Assembly: GCA_964016885.1 (NCBI GenBank) | Contig: OZ024743.1 | Coordinates: forward strand, 206,460,001 to 206,524,000 | Direction of reading: 5' to 3' | Length of the DNA: 64,000 bases | Origin: Eledone cirrhosa | Taxonomy: Eukaryota | In this document: positions 11,309 to 23,520 of the stretch, one piece after another | How the letters are laid out: the number at the start of each line of letters is the position of its first letter | Position numbering within the stretch: position 1 is the stretch's first letter | Notes under the pieces: generated by a model | Told to the model about the DNA's origin: nothing | Databases searched by the model: none | The model's input: only the letters and a program-made list of their open reading frames with translations | Translations under genes and position numbers: made by a program

Positions 11309-12929
11309 ATTTCTCCTTTCCTACACACTAAGCATGGCCATTTACCAGAGGGCACTTGTGCCCTATTTTATTTTCTACATACGAGAACTTTAGTCTTAGA
11401 CAAGTTAACTTTAAGGCCTTTTTATTCTAGGCCATGCTTCCATGTTTGGAATTTCTTCTCTAGTTCAGCCATAGATTCAGCTATGAGAGTTAGATCATCT
11501 GCATATAGAAGTTCCCATGGGCAGCCAGTCTTAAACTCTTTTATAAGGAGGGGGGCTAAGGACGGAGCCTTGGTGAACACCTACTTTTACGCTAAATTAT
11601 TCACTATATTCATTGTTAATTCTAACCTTAGCTCTCACAAGCCACCCATCTACTCTTAGTTTTCTAAGAGCCGATCAGATAATGGAACGGGGGTCACTCA
11701 AAGGCTTTCTTCAGGTCAACAAAAGCTAAATAGGGGGGGTTTACTTTTAGCTAGGTACTTCTCATGTACAAGGAAGAGAACATCCGTGGTACTTTTACCT
11801 GGCACAATCCCAAACTGCATTTCATCTAGATCAATTTGATCTCTGATTAGCTGCGTTATAACTCTTTCTGTGACCTTCATGACCTGGTCAACTAACTTAA
11901 TGCCTCTATAGTTTTCTCTATCTAAAGCGTCTCCTTTGTCCTTGTAACAGTTGACGATGCTGGTGCTACGCCAGTCATTTGGTATGACCCCATTCTGTAC
12001 TACTTGGTTTACTATCCGGGTGACCAAAGTACGTCCCACCATTCCAGATGCTTTCAACATTTCAGCAACTATCATCAAAGACCCAGCTGCCTTGCCTGTC
12101 TTCATCTTGCCTTACTTACTATACTACATTAACTTACACAGATGGTCCCTCTGTTGGATCAATTTGGGGCAGACTATCTTTATCCCATTCATTCTCCTCA
12201 CTTAGTAGTCTCCCGTAGTGACACTTCCAAGTGAGGACAAGTACACCATCATCATTATGGACACATTTCTCCCCAACAATATCACAATTGTCTCACAATC
12301 CTGAACACTTCACGTTTTTGGTCCTCGCGTTGTAGAATATGCTTGAACTTTCTATCCTCTGCTTCCCTTCTTGCAAAGTACACTTGTTGCCTAGCTTCTC
12401 TCCTAGCCACCTGATAGTGTTCTCTACTTCCCCCATCCCGCCATTCTTTCCAAGCCTGCTTTTTAGACTTGATTGTCTCCTCCACCATACTGTTCCACCA
12501 TCATGTTACTCTCCTGCTGCCTAAAGGTCTGCTCCAGCCACAGATTTCATCTGTCGCCTTCAGCAGGTTAGATTTCAGGAATTCCCACTGTTCCTCTACA
12601 TTGTACGTCTCTAATTGCTCTTCCTTACTGTCAAAAGCATCAAGTAATATTCTTTTAAATGTGTTACTGGTCATAGGGTCTTTTAACTTCCATATTCTTC
12701 TCCTCAAGGTAGTCCTCTGTCGTCGAGTATATCTAATCCTGACTAAGAGGTCACTAACTGTTCGGCTATGTTGGGAGGTGCATTCTTCACGAAGGAGGGA
12801 CTTAGTGTTTACAACAGATACTCTGTCACGTCTTCTAGTAAGGATAAAATCTATCCAGCTGGTGTCCTCCCCTGATCTATAGGTGATCAAGTGATTGTCT
12901 CATGTTTTGAAGTTTGTGTTACAGATATG

Positions 12930-13380
12930 TTTCTTTATTAGCCACAGGGGCACAAAAGAAGGGGACAAATACAAAGGGGGAAGTTTACATACAATAAAAA
13001 CGTGTAAAATATTATCACAAATGCAATTTAAAAAATTAGTCGATTTTCCCCAATAGGGGGAGACAGTTCATATGGGTAACACATACCCCCGAAAAAATGT
13101 GCAACCCTCATCTCCAGGAGTACGAAGAGTTTGTACCCCTTTCCTCTCTTCCTCTTTTTCCTCAACCTACAGGCTGATATAGAGAGAAGGCCCATTCACT
13201 CGGGCCATTCTCGCCACTTTCACCCACCTTTCATCAAACTTGCTGGGGTACAGCACCTCTCACTCCATCCTGATTCTTCTTCCAAAGTGGTATTTGAAAA
13301 AAAGAATCAGTTGTTGGCCGGAGAGAAAGGTGTCTGACCTCAGCCCTTTCAACCTTGTCCACCATACAGATAGTTAGGTT
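12930..13380 (-). mobile_element. L1/Tx1-like 3' end nested in the RTE LINE
   Basis: Minus translation VWWTRLKGL...FFKYHFGRRIRME...KFDERWVKVARM; homologous to 1910-2470. Confidence 0.55.
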
Positions 13381-13384
13381 ATTA

Positions 13385-13613
13385 CAGCCCACACTGTAAA
13401 GTGGACGTGTAGGCGCCACGAAAAAGCACCCAGCACTCACTGTAAATGAGGTTGGTGTTAGGAAGGGCATCCAGCTGTAGAAATCAAGCCAGATCAGTTC
13501 CTGTATGAGCAAGGCATGGTCAGCCGACCAGACACTGCCCACAACAGGACAACCCGTCTAACCCATGCTAGCGTGGAAGAACGGACGTAAAACGGTGATG
13601 ATGATGATGATGA
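13385..13613 (+). mobile_element. SINE family B copy nested in the RTE LINE
   Basis: Near-identical to reverse complement of 6291-6540; (GAT)n tail. Confidence 0.8.
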
Positions 13614-14454
13614 TTAGCATCACAGAATGCCAGGATCCTAAAGCCTTCCTCATTTCTCGTACCAAACAAATAGCCTCCATGGATTCCGTCATAGCCATCA
13701 CAATGTTGTTCAACGTGACCATTAAGGTCGCCAGCAGTAATTATGTAGTCACTGTTAGTTATTTGGGAGGTAGTGAGCATTAGCAACTCATTCAACCTGT
13801 CTTTTATAATGTCAGGTAGGCCAGATTGGGGTGCATAAGCAGATATTATTCACACAGTTGTTCCAGTTAGAACTAGTCTTATTTTAATTATTCTGTCATA
13901 CACTCTATTTACAGCAATTACCTTATTTACCCATTTTTCTGCTAACATAATTACTACTCCACCCAGCCAGTTGTCATTTCCCATCCAGAAAAGTTTATAG
14001 CATTGGTACCCACAATTTCCCATCCAGAAAAGTTTATAGCATTGGTACCCACAATGAATCTAACAGACCCACCGCACCACCTTGTTTCTTGAACACAACA
14101 AACATCAACATCTCTACAACCTCATTTGAGTGACCTTTTAATGTGCCTACTTTCATGGTATGAATTCTGAAGTTTTGGATTTCGCTGGGAGGGTGGAATG
14201 AATGAGATGGGGGCACAGGGAGGGGTGTGGGAGATGGAATTATGTTCGTCTTCCATGTCTGAAATAAAGAGGAGTGCTTGCATTCTCGCCCCGGAGATGG
14301 GAGGGGAATTTATCTTTGTCATTGTTTTGCCAGTGAGTGCTGAGGTTTGATAGGACCAAATAACAATGGTGGTGAGTGGGGGTGGCTGGGGGGGAAATGG
14401 GTAACTTTTAGAGATGTAAGCATTCTTTTCAAATGTGTGAGAGATAAAAAAAAA

Positions 14455-14833
14455 ATTGTTTCTACTTTTGGCACAAGGCCCACAATTACCCAGTACTGGT
14501 ACTTTATTTTATCGACCCCATAAGGATGAAAGGCAAAGTTAACCTCGGCGGGATTTGAACTCAGACCATAAAGGGACGTAACTATGCTGGAAAGCATGTC
14601 CGACCCTCTACCGGTACTGCCAATTCACCGCCCTAATAAAAAATAATTGTTTCTACTTTAGGCACAAGGCCAGCAATTACCCAGTTCATTACTGGTACTT
14701 TATTTTATCGACCCCGTAAGGATGAAAGGCAAAGTCAACCTCGGCGGGATTTGAACTCAGATCGTAAAGGGACGTAACTATGCTGGAAAGCATGGCGTCC
14801 GACCCTCCACCGATACTGCCAATCCACCGCCCT
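14455..14833 (-). mobile_element. Two tandem SINE family A copies
   Basis: Copies at ~14455-14633 and ~14645-14833, both with A/B boxes on minus strand. Confidence 0.85.
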
Positions 14834-14928
14834 AAATAAAAATAATAACAGTAAGTATGAACAGAACGAAATTCCGAGAGAGAAAAGTTAATTCTATACA
14901 AACAAAAATGATCATATATATATATATA

Positions 14929-15135
14929 TCATCATCATCATCGATTAACAGCTATTTTCCATGCTAGCATGGGTTAGATGGGTCCCATTTAGAGGCAACA
15001 AGTTGGATCGAGTGATCATGTCTCGCTCATATAGGGGTGTTTCTGGCTGGTTTTTTACAGCTGGATGCCCTTCCTAACGCTAACCACATTGGGCTGAATG
15101 CTTTTTGCCATGTCTTTTACACGCCCACTTTACAG
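14929..15135 (-). mobile_element. SINE family B copy
   Basis: (CAT)n, CCATGCTAGCATGGGTT, CAGCTGGATGCCCTTCCTAAC. Confidence 0.7.
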
Positions 15136-15229
15136 ATATATATATATGTAGGTGTGGGTGTCATTCAAGGAAATGACAAAACAGAGGTACAAAAAGTCTT
15201 ATTAGTTTCACGTTTTATATGGAAAAGAG

Positions 15230-15291
15230 GAAAGAAAGTTTGACGTGTCGGGCTTTAGCTCTTCTTCAGGAATACAAAAAATAGACAGGGT

Positions 15292-15329
<38 letters not shown>

Positions 15330-17990
15330 GTTAATAAATGAAACAAAACAAAACAAAACACAGGAAGCAAAATGACATAGTTATATTAGGTTCAAGCTTA
15401 GATGAAGTGGAAGAGGGTTCAATGTTTCGGACAGAAGTCCTTCTTCAGGAAAGTGCGAATAAGGAGAGAACAGATAGACATAAGAGTGTGTGAGAAGATT
15501 AGGGAAGGAAGTTACGAAAAAAAGGGTTTAGGAGGAGAAGGATAGGCAGAGGAAGGTGAGGGAAATATCTGGTGTGGTGGGCCAGAGTGGAGTGTATGGA
15601 GTTGTTATGGGTGTGGGTGTGTGTTTGTGGCCACATAGGTGTCCCGGAGTCATATAAAGTTGATGTGTGCACACTGGTAAGTGTGTGTGTGTATGTCTGT
15701 GAGTTTTTAGTTTTTTTTGTGTGTGTATTTGTGTGCGTGGGCTTTTTGTGTTGTTTCTATGTATGTGAGTGTGTTCAAGGAGTGTGTGAGTCTACACACG
15801 GGCGTGTATAGGTGATATTTTTATTGTTTCTATGTATGTGAGTGTGTACGTACATATGTGTATATGTCTGTGTTGCTGGCTGTATATTATCTGTAGAGGA
15901 AAACTTTTGTGTGTGTGTGTGTGGCTATGTTTGAGTATGTCTGTGTGTCCATCCGTGTGTATGCGTTGTTTCTATTGTTTTTACGTATGTGAGTGTGTAA
16001 TTCAGCATGTGTGAGTATTTCCATGCGTGTGTCTGAAGATGGTGTGTATGTTTGTATCTACATGAGTGTTGTGGTTGTGTTTGGTCAGTAGCAGAAAGAT
16101 ATTATGTACGTGTATGTGTGAGGGTGGATGTATGGGTATGTACATGTGTGTGTGTGTGTTTTGGAGTATTCAGATAAAATCCAGGAGACAGCATTGGTCG
16201 ATTATACGTACAACGAAGCCAAGGAAGGTTTGGTCAGGGCGGAGGGGAGGGGGGAGGTTGTGGCATACACAGAACAGAAGTTGGAAGGGAGCTGTAAAGG
16301 AGGGATGGTAAGGGAGTGACGGGTGTAGGTATGTGGTAGAGAAGTGGTGCATGTAGATGTGTGGGGAGTTCAGACCATTCGGTCCAAGTCTGGAGAAAGA
16401 AAACTGTGTGCGCTCATGGTGTGAGTCTAGGGCTCTGGAGCATACAATAAGGTTGCAGTGTGGAGGTTTCGGCCGGAGTATCCGGCAGGGCGGAAGTGTC
16501 GGGTGACCAGTGACCGTCTGCTGAATCCCGGAGGTGTTCAGTGAACCAGTTCACCAATTACCATCCTGTCTGTCTGACATAGGCAGCTCCACATAGCGTG
16601 CAATGGAGTCCATAGATAAGGCTGGAGGATGTGCAGTGGAAGGAGACCTGGACTCAGAGGGATTGGCTATTGGGCCCACAGAAGCTGGTGGTGTTGGTGA
16701 TATGAGGGCAAGTGTGGTAATGGGATCTGGGGGAGTAATTGGGGGTAGGAAGGGTGCTACAGAAGAGACAGCTCTAGAGGTTGCATGAGTGCTTGAATGA
16801 GGGGAGGGATGGGAGTGGAAAGATGGTGCAGGTGGAGTGGTCTGACCAAGGGTGGCGGAAGAGTTGCCGGACTGTCCACTAGAAAGGCAAGGTGGCAGAG
16901 TGGTAAGTAAGGGGTAAAGGGAAAGAGAGTCGGTGGGTGGGGGCCAATGGCGTGGTGTGAAAGCAGTGGTGCGGTCGACACCATAGGTGTGCGGGGGAGA
17001 GCAGCATGGACAAGGGAAGAGGATAACTTCTCCGAGTTAAGTGACCAGCTAAATATAGGGCCTGAGCCTCGAAACCTTTGGTTCAGTTGCAGAGGAGAAA
17101 TTGGTAGTCGGAGAAATTGGTTTGGTATGGATGGGGTGGGAGGAGGTGAAATCGAAGTATGAGTGGAAGGCCATCATTGTTGGGGAATGTGTGTGTAGAG
17201 GGATTTGATATCTGAAGGAATCAATGAGGTGGAAGGCGTGGTAGTGAACAGCGTAGGAGTGAACAGCAGAGACGGAAATGAGTTCAGTGCAGCAGTTGCT
17301 GGCAGAAAAGATGGAGGCAGGGGTATCGGGTTTGTGGATTTGGACATAGATGGTGGGGGTGCGTGGTGAGCAGATAATGAGGTTGGTGCTGGTGTAAGGT
17401 AGGAGAGAGGAAGTGCCGAGCTGTTGTACAGTAAAGAATACTTGCTGCTGGTATTGAGGGGTGGGATCAGAGGGGAGGGGACTGTAGAAGAGGGGGTTAT
17501 GAAGCTGTCGTAGGGCCTCTGTCATTTAGAGGTCAGTGCTCCACACCACCACGGTGCCATCCTTGTCTGCTGCTTTGATGATGATATCATTGCAGTTACA
17601 GATGGAGTGGAGAGTTTGGCTCGAGAGAGGGAGTTGAACCGGTTTGTGGCACTATGGGAGGTATCAATGAAGGCATCCAGGGTGCTAAACCATCCAGGTG
17701 CTGGTGTCTAATGAGATAGTCGCCGGCCCAAGGCAAGGAAGTTAACCGGGCTGCTTCGAGTCGGTGGTGTGCCATGGATATGTGCCTGCAGTTTAGTGTG
17801 GCATGGGAATCATTCAATGTCCACTCGAGTGTGAAAATCATCACTATATGTGGTGTGGGGTTAAAGCATTGGCCTTCACAGAGGAGGGAACGTTCAGGGG
17901 CTTTGGGGTGTGGAGACAACACGTGGTGGGTGGGTGGAAGGGAGGTTGGATGGGTGGGTTTGTGCAGGGGTGGGAGGTGTTGGGATTACA
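15230..17990 (-). mobile_element. Penelope-like element (RT fragment + GIY-YIG endonuclease), decayed
   Basis: NDIIIKAADKDGTVVVW, EALRQL, PTIY..IHKPDTP (PLE RT N-terminus); FHCTSSSLIYGLHCTLCGAAYVRQTG...FTEHLRD at ~16530-16645 (GIY-YIG); low-complexity downstream region. Confidence 0.8.
15420..15449 (-). ncRNA. Hammerhead-ribozyme-like core
   Basis: CUGAAGAA-GGAC-UUCU-GUCC-GAAAC on minus strand; stems I and III not convincingly found. Confidence 0.4.
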
Positions 17991-18263
17991 TTGATTGATT
18001 TTGAGCTACACACTCCAGGTATGAAATAGCACTATAAGGTTTCTCTTATGATTGTACGTATGTATTCTTCTATAGAATATGTATTTGGTATATATACAAT
18101 ATACCGTGTTTCTTTTATGATATATGGCTCTTTCTCTCTATATATATACATATATCTTATTCATTTGGTTATTATGACTCTAGATAATGTCTATTGAGCT
18201 TACTTATGGAGAATCACACAATTCGAAACATATTTGATTCATTATGATTTATTATTTGTATAT

Positions 18264-18452
18264 GGGCGGTGGATTGGCAGTATCGGTAGAGGGTCGGACG
18301 CCATGCTTTCCAGCATAGTTACGTCCCTTTACGATCCGAGTTCAAATCCCGCCGAGGTTGACTTTGCCTTTCATCCTTACGGGGTCGATAAAATAAATTA
18401 CCAGTAATGCACTGGGTAATTGCTGGCCTTGTACCTAAAGTAGAAACAATTA
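18264..18452 (+). mobile_element. Full-length tRNA-derived SINE family A
   Basis: A-box-like TGGCAGTATCGG, B box GAGTTCAAATCC at 18338, central GCCTTTCATCCTTACGGGGTCGATAAAAT, AT-rich tail. Confidence 0.9.
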
Positions 18453-18504
18453 TTTGTATATATATGTGTGTGTGTGTACGTACGTATGTATGTATGTGTC
18501 TATG

Positions 18505-19023
18505 TATCTAAAGAGGTATAAGGATTCCTTGAAAGCCTCTTTGAAAGACGCTAACATCTTTGCTCATACATGGGAAAATGTTGCTGCTGATCGTAATAAA
18601 TGGAGAAAGACTGTTTATGAGGGAAAAGTTGCCTTTGAGGTATCTCAAATTGCATACGAGAAAGTAAAGCGGGATGTGAGGAAGGGCATTGCTGTTTCAT
18701 TACCAGACGGCGAAGGTCCTCCTATGGTGCTGACATGCAGCGTCTGTGCGAGACTCTGCCTAAGCAAAGCTGGACTCGAAAGTCATCTTCGCAGTCATAA
18801 AGTAAGACCAGTGGTTGACTACCAGGCTGCTGTTGGAGATGCTACTCATCATGTTTGCCAAACATGTGGTAGAGAATGTAAATCAGCAGGAGGGCTCAAA
18901 CGACATGCAAAAGTACATGAACTCCAACCATAGCTGGCTATTCCCAGTAAATGTTTTGGTTGCCAACTCTGTGCAAGACATTTTAAATCATTGGCTGGGC
19001 TAAAAAGCCACATTCGATCGTAG
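18505..19023 (+). pseudogene. RTE-type LINE C-terminal fragment with tandem C2H2 zinc fingers
   Basis: KRYKDSLKASLK...WENVAADRNKWR then CSVC..HLRSH, CQTC..HAKVH, and after an in-frame TAG, CQLC..SHIRS. Confidence 0.75.
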
Positions 19024-19279
19024 CGCTGTTAATTGCTATCGTTTGTGTGTGTGTAGACATGTTTATGTGTGTGTGCATGTGTATATTATTATTGTTGTTG
19101 TTGTCGTTATTATTATTGTTGTTATTATTATTATGGTTTGTTTTTTTCTCGTGCAATGGCCATACTCGATAACGAGGGGGCAGCCATCATGTATCTATGC
19201 ACCATTATATGTTTTGAGACTTTTTCTTTTCAAGTACTTTTAATTGACCTATGTAACTGTCACTCTAATGTATCCTTGA

Positions 19280-20172
19280 TATGGTTATAAAAATTTAACG
19301 TGCTAAATCTTTTTTTTCCTGATTGAAGGTTTGGGCCGCTACAGCACTTTAAATACTACCCATCATACATGTCCTGTCACAACTGACTCGTTTCACAATG
19401 CATTCAGGATGTGAGGACAACTTGGAGGCTCGATATGTAATAAGGTTTTGTGTCAAGCTCGATAAAAACGCTACAGAAATCAATGAAATAGTGAAAGCTA
19501 GTTACGGAGTAACTTTCATGAACCAAGCGACTGTTTTCCGTTGGCACAAGAGGTTCCAGGAGGACAGGGAGCAGGTGAGAAACAACGAGAGGTGTGGCAG
19601 GGAGAGAGACATCAGAACACTAAAGCTGGTCTACAAAATTCACAAATTTCTGGACAAGGACCATAGTGAATCGCTTTTGACGATTGCTATACAATTTGAA
19701 GCGGCTGAGGGCACCGTACATAGGGTCATTAATGATCATCTGAACATGTGCAAAGTTTGTTTCCAGAGTGCTCACTGAAAATCAAAGGCAGAGGCTCGTT
19801 GATGACAGCAGGGAGATGGTCGAGTGGATCTCTTCGAATCTAAGTGTCCTTGAGTCTCTGGTAATCTGTGACAATATCTGGGTCTACTGTTATGATCCAG
19901 AGACCAAGAGACAGAGTACCCAGTGGAAACATTCTGACTCCCCAAAACCCAAGAAGGCCAGTCAAAGCAGGTCGACTGGGAAGCTCATAATGATCCCATT
20001 CTTCGACAGCAAGGGCATCATCTAACATCAACTGGTTCCCCCATGGCCAGGCCGTCAACAATACAAACTATGTAGAGGTCACAGATCCAACCTGGTGACC
20101 AACTATTTCGCCAATATGGTTATCAAGATTGCCTCTCATCCTCTCTACAGTCCAGGCATAGCCCCATGCGAC
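19280..20172 (+). mobile_element. Mariner (DD34D-type) transposase relic
   Basis: IRFCVKL, VFRWHKRF, KFV-RVLT, WVYCYDPETKRQSTQW, FFDSKGII, HPLYSPGIAPCD. Confidence 0.9.
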
Positions 20173-20947
20173 TAAATTAGTAATGAGGCATAAGCCGCCG
20201 AGTGGGCAATTATCTGGAATCCTACAATTACATTTTATATTAGAAATAGGGAATTATTATTTGGAAAGTTATGTTTGCTTAGTCTATTACTGGTTATCCT
20301 GGTTGGTATAGAAGTATTATAAGTATTATCAATATTGTTAGAATTTGTGTATAAAGGATTCTGAGGTAAAGTAATATTTTCATTATTAGAAGTTCTATGC
20401 TTATATAATTTTTGTGGTTACTAAAATCAATATAGTCTGCTAAGTTAGAAGTTGTAGAAAAAGAAATTTCGACATTGTTTTTATTTATTAATTTATAGTA
20501 TTTATGGTTAGGAGGGAAGTTTTTTTTGTATGGTGGTAAAAAAACATTTTAGGAATATTAAAGGCTAAGTTGCGGAGGTACAGCAGATTATACCAGGAAA
20601 TTTTTCTTTTGCGTGATATAGTTTTCTTATACTTAGGAATATAATCTAACTTATTATGGGGAAATATTTCTAATATGGCCCATACTATTAGATTACTGCT
20701 AATCATGTGTGTTCTACTTTCTCAATAGTCCATTACTCAAACTTATAATCTCCCAACTATACTTATGAATCACTTATTCTTCTGTATTGATAGTATAACT
20801 TTATGATTGTGATAAGTAGCTGTATTTCTTTTAACTTAATGTTAGTAACTATCCATTACTATCGATGTTTTTAGATATTAAATCACTTCTGTTGTGCAAC
20901 ACTCTCTTATAAGTTAAATTTTACATTAAAATGCACAGACAGTATTT

Positions 20948-21016
20948 TTTAATATTGTTCTACTTTTAATATTATTGTTCTACTTTTAATATTATTGTTC
21001 TACTTTTAATATTATT
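20948..21016. repeat. 20-bp tandem repeat, ~3 copies
   Basis: AATATTATTGTTCTACTTTT. Confidence 0.85.
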
Positions 21017-21629
21017 CAGTTATATGCCGTATTCACAATATGATCTTAACATCTTAACATATCTACAACTCCTTCAGTTTAGTTAACTTGACTATATATG
21101 ATTAGACATTGATTTATTACTTTATAGCTTTTTATAAGATAAAGTAAAGATATTCCATAACAATTAATATTGGTGAAGTTGAATTTTTGGTATCATCTTA
21201 TTTACTTACGATTTTTTCCATAGAAATTATTTTACCTTATATTAATTATTTCTTTTTAACCTATAATTTGTTAAACCAGAATTAAAATAGCATGAGGTGC
21301 CACTTTTCGATGTTTATATACCGTGAAATATTTATTTTCTGGTTTATCAAATATATTTTTTAGTGAAATTGTTGATGTATACTGCTTGATGTGAGTTAAT
21401 TTTAAGTGACTTTCTTATTGAAATATGTATCTTTATTCTGAAGACTGTGCAAGATCTTATGTGTTAGAAAACTTTGATTAATGGTAAAATTTTTGGCGTT
21501 TGAATTTGAATGCTAACTCAACATGTTTATTGTACCAGGAACATTTGTAAGTGAAGAAACATTTTGAATGAGTATTAATTGATTCTCTTTCAATTAATTT
21601 TCAATTAATTTTGAATATATATATATAAA

Positions 21630-21815
21630 TGAACACTGTCGAGAACTCCAAGATGGGAAAAACTCATCAGTACTCCACCAACATGCCAAAATAGAACATA
21701 GAGGTAAAAATGATATCCACACACAGAAAAGACGCAATGCTCAGACAAATGACAGAGGCAACAAATATAAACTCCAACCAAAGGAAAAAAAAACATGAGT
21801 GGAATAGCAACATCA
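21630..21815 (+). mobile_element. Probable Penelope-like GIY-YIG C-terminal fragment
   Basis: EHCRELQDGK, SSVLHQHAKIEH, RKDAMLRQMTEATNI, HEWN across frameshifts. Confidence 0.5.
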
Positions 21816-22289
21816 CAACTAGTAATCATTTTCTATAAAAGGCAGGTAGGTTGTTGTTGTTGTTGATTGTGTGCATGTTCCATGTTTATACATTTGCACA
21901 ATTTCAAACCGATTCGACTCAAAGTCTGTAAGAATGTTGTAAATGGTCTAACTTAGGTCAACGACTATTTATTTCATTCACACTCACCCACAATTACGTA
22001 AATAATCGATAAAACTAAATACATGACGCTAATAATAGAATCTGATTACCTCTCTCTACTCTCCTTAAATTTTAAGAGAGAGAGAACGTTTGTTTTTGAG
22101 TGTGGAACGGTCAAATATTTATTTACTTCAATGACAAAGAGAACATTACATTTCATACGAAACAACAATTATTCAAAAGCAACAGATAAATTTATTCAAC
22201 AACAAAAAAAAATAGCGATAAATCTTTTTATAAAACATCTCTCAACGAATGTGGAAGAAAGAAGTATTAGTTAATTTACTATACACAAT

Positions 22290-23290
22290 AATATCCTCTA
22301 TGTGGTCACTAAACCTGCTAGAAACAGGTGTAGTTGTGTTGTACTGTATTTGTGTTAGCAGGTTGGTATTGTAGGGCTTGAAATTTTCCAGCATTAAACT
22401 GAATGTTGTTGTCCTCAGCCCATTTGTATATAGCATCCAAATGTTTTTGTAAAAGGGCAGCATCAGCTGGATTTTTTGATTGCTTGTGCTACCTTTGTGT
22501 AATCAGCATAGCTAGTGAGGAATGTTGTATGTACTACAGAGGGCATGTCTGAAAAAGCCACCAAAAACAGTAGTGGTCCATTGGCTGTAATTGTCTGGCC
22601 TTTGTCTTTTAAGAAATCATGCAGCCACTCACCTACTCTTCCAGTCGGTGTAGTTTGTAACATATCATTCCATGGTCGACGTTGTCAAAAGCCTTCACAA
22701 AGTCAAGATATATCACGTCCACATGTGCGCTGTCTAACAGTTGTTTCAGTACCCAGTCATAGTGTTGTAGCAGCTGTGTAAGACAGCTTTTTCCTGGTTG
22801 AAAGCCATACTGCATATTAGTTAGGCGGTCATTTTCCTCGAGGAACATGATTAGTTTCTTTCTGATGATTCGTTCCATGACCTTACTGATATGTGACGTC
22901 AGGGAGACTGGCCTGTAGGTTTTGGCCTCCGCTCTGCTTCCTCCTTTATGGATAGGGCATATTGTGTCTTCTTTTAGCTCTCTGGGTAGTTTACTGCTAG
23001 CCAAAGAACTTCTGAAGAGGATCTTCAGTGTCTTGCTAAGGCACGCTTACATGTTTTTAGGAGGACTGCTGGGAATCCATCAGGTCCAGAGGCTGAGTTT
23101 GTTCTAATTTCTTCTATGGCGGATATCATATCTTCCTCCGTTATGTCTATGTGGTTGATGGTCGCCATTTCTTTGTGGGTTGTTGTGGCATCAAATAAAT
23201 CCTCTGGCTTTGTTATTTTCATGTGCCTCAATGGGGTGTGAACATACTTTTGTACTGTTCATTTCACTTATCCCTTGGGGATGCTCAGTT
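22290..23290 (-). pseudogene. CR1/Jockey-group LINE RT fragment
   Basis: SASGPDG, YRPVSLTSHISKVMERII, QYGFQPGKSCLTQL, DVIYLDFVKAFDNVDH, SYADYTK. Confidence 0.9.
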
Positions 23291-23520
23291 AACGAACCAT
23301 TTTTATGCATCATATATATATATATACACATACATATATATATATATGTATATATAGTATTAATATATAAGGGAACACAGAATCAGTGTTGAATCATATA
23401 CATATTTAATTACACATTACATGTTTCACTGTCAATCAGTTTGAGGAACGATCTATTAATGATCAAACCTGACTCTGGAATTGGAAGCTTCTCAAATATG
23501 TTTTAACATGTAGACTCGTA

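Larger units (their letters stand above)
11310..14190 (-). pseudogene. RTE/BovB-type LINE (APE + RT), decayed, with nested insertions at ~12930-13615
   Basis: SAYAPQ, AGDLNGHV, IDFIL (APE); ENYRGIKL, QFGIVPGKSTTD, PWELLYADDL (RT); many stops and frameshifts. Confidence 0.9.

Noticed and set aside
15572-16319. Cys/Val-rich small proteins
   Set aside because: Translation of degenerate (TG)n low-complexity DNA; same for YI-repeat ORFs at 10248-10518, 10967-11185 and 24079-24458
18264-18350. tRNA gene
   Set aside because: A/B boxes only, no cloverleaf; continues into a multi-copy SINE body (same for 5781-5850)
18454-18933. Host zinc-finger gene exon
   Set aside because: Starts in a microsatellite at TTG, has an RTE C-terminal motif upstream and no TGEKP linkers
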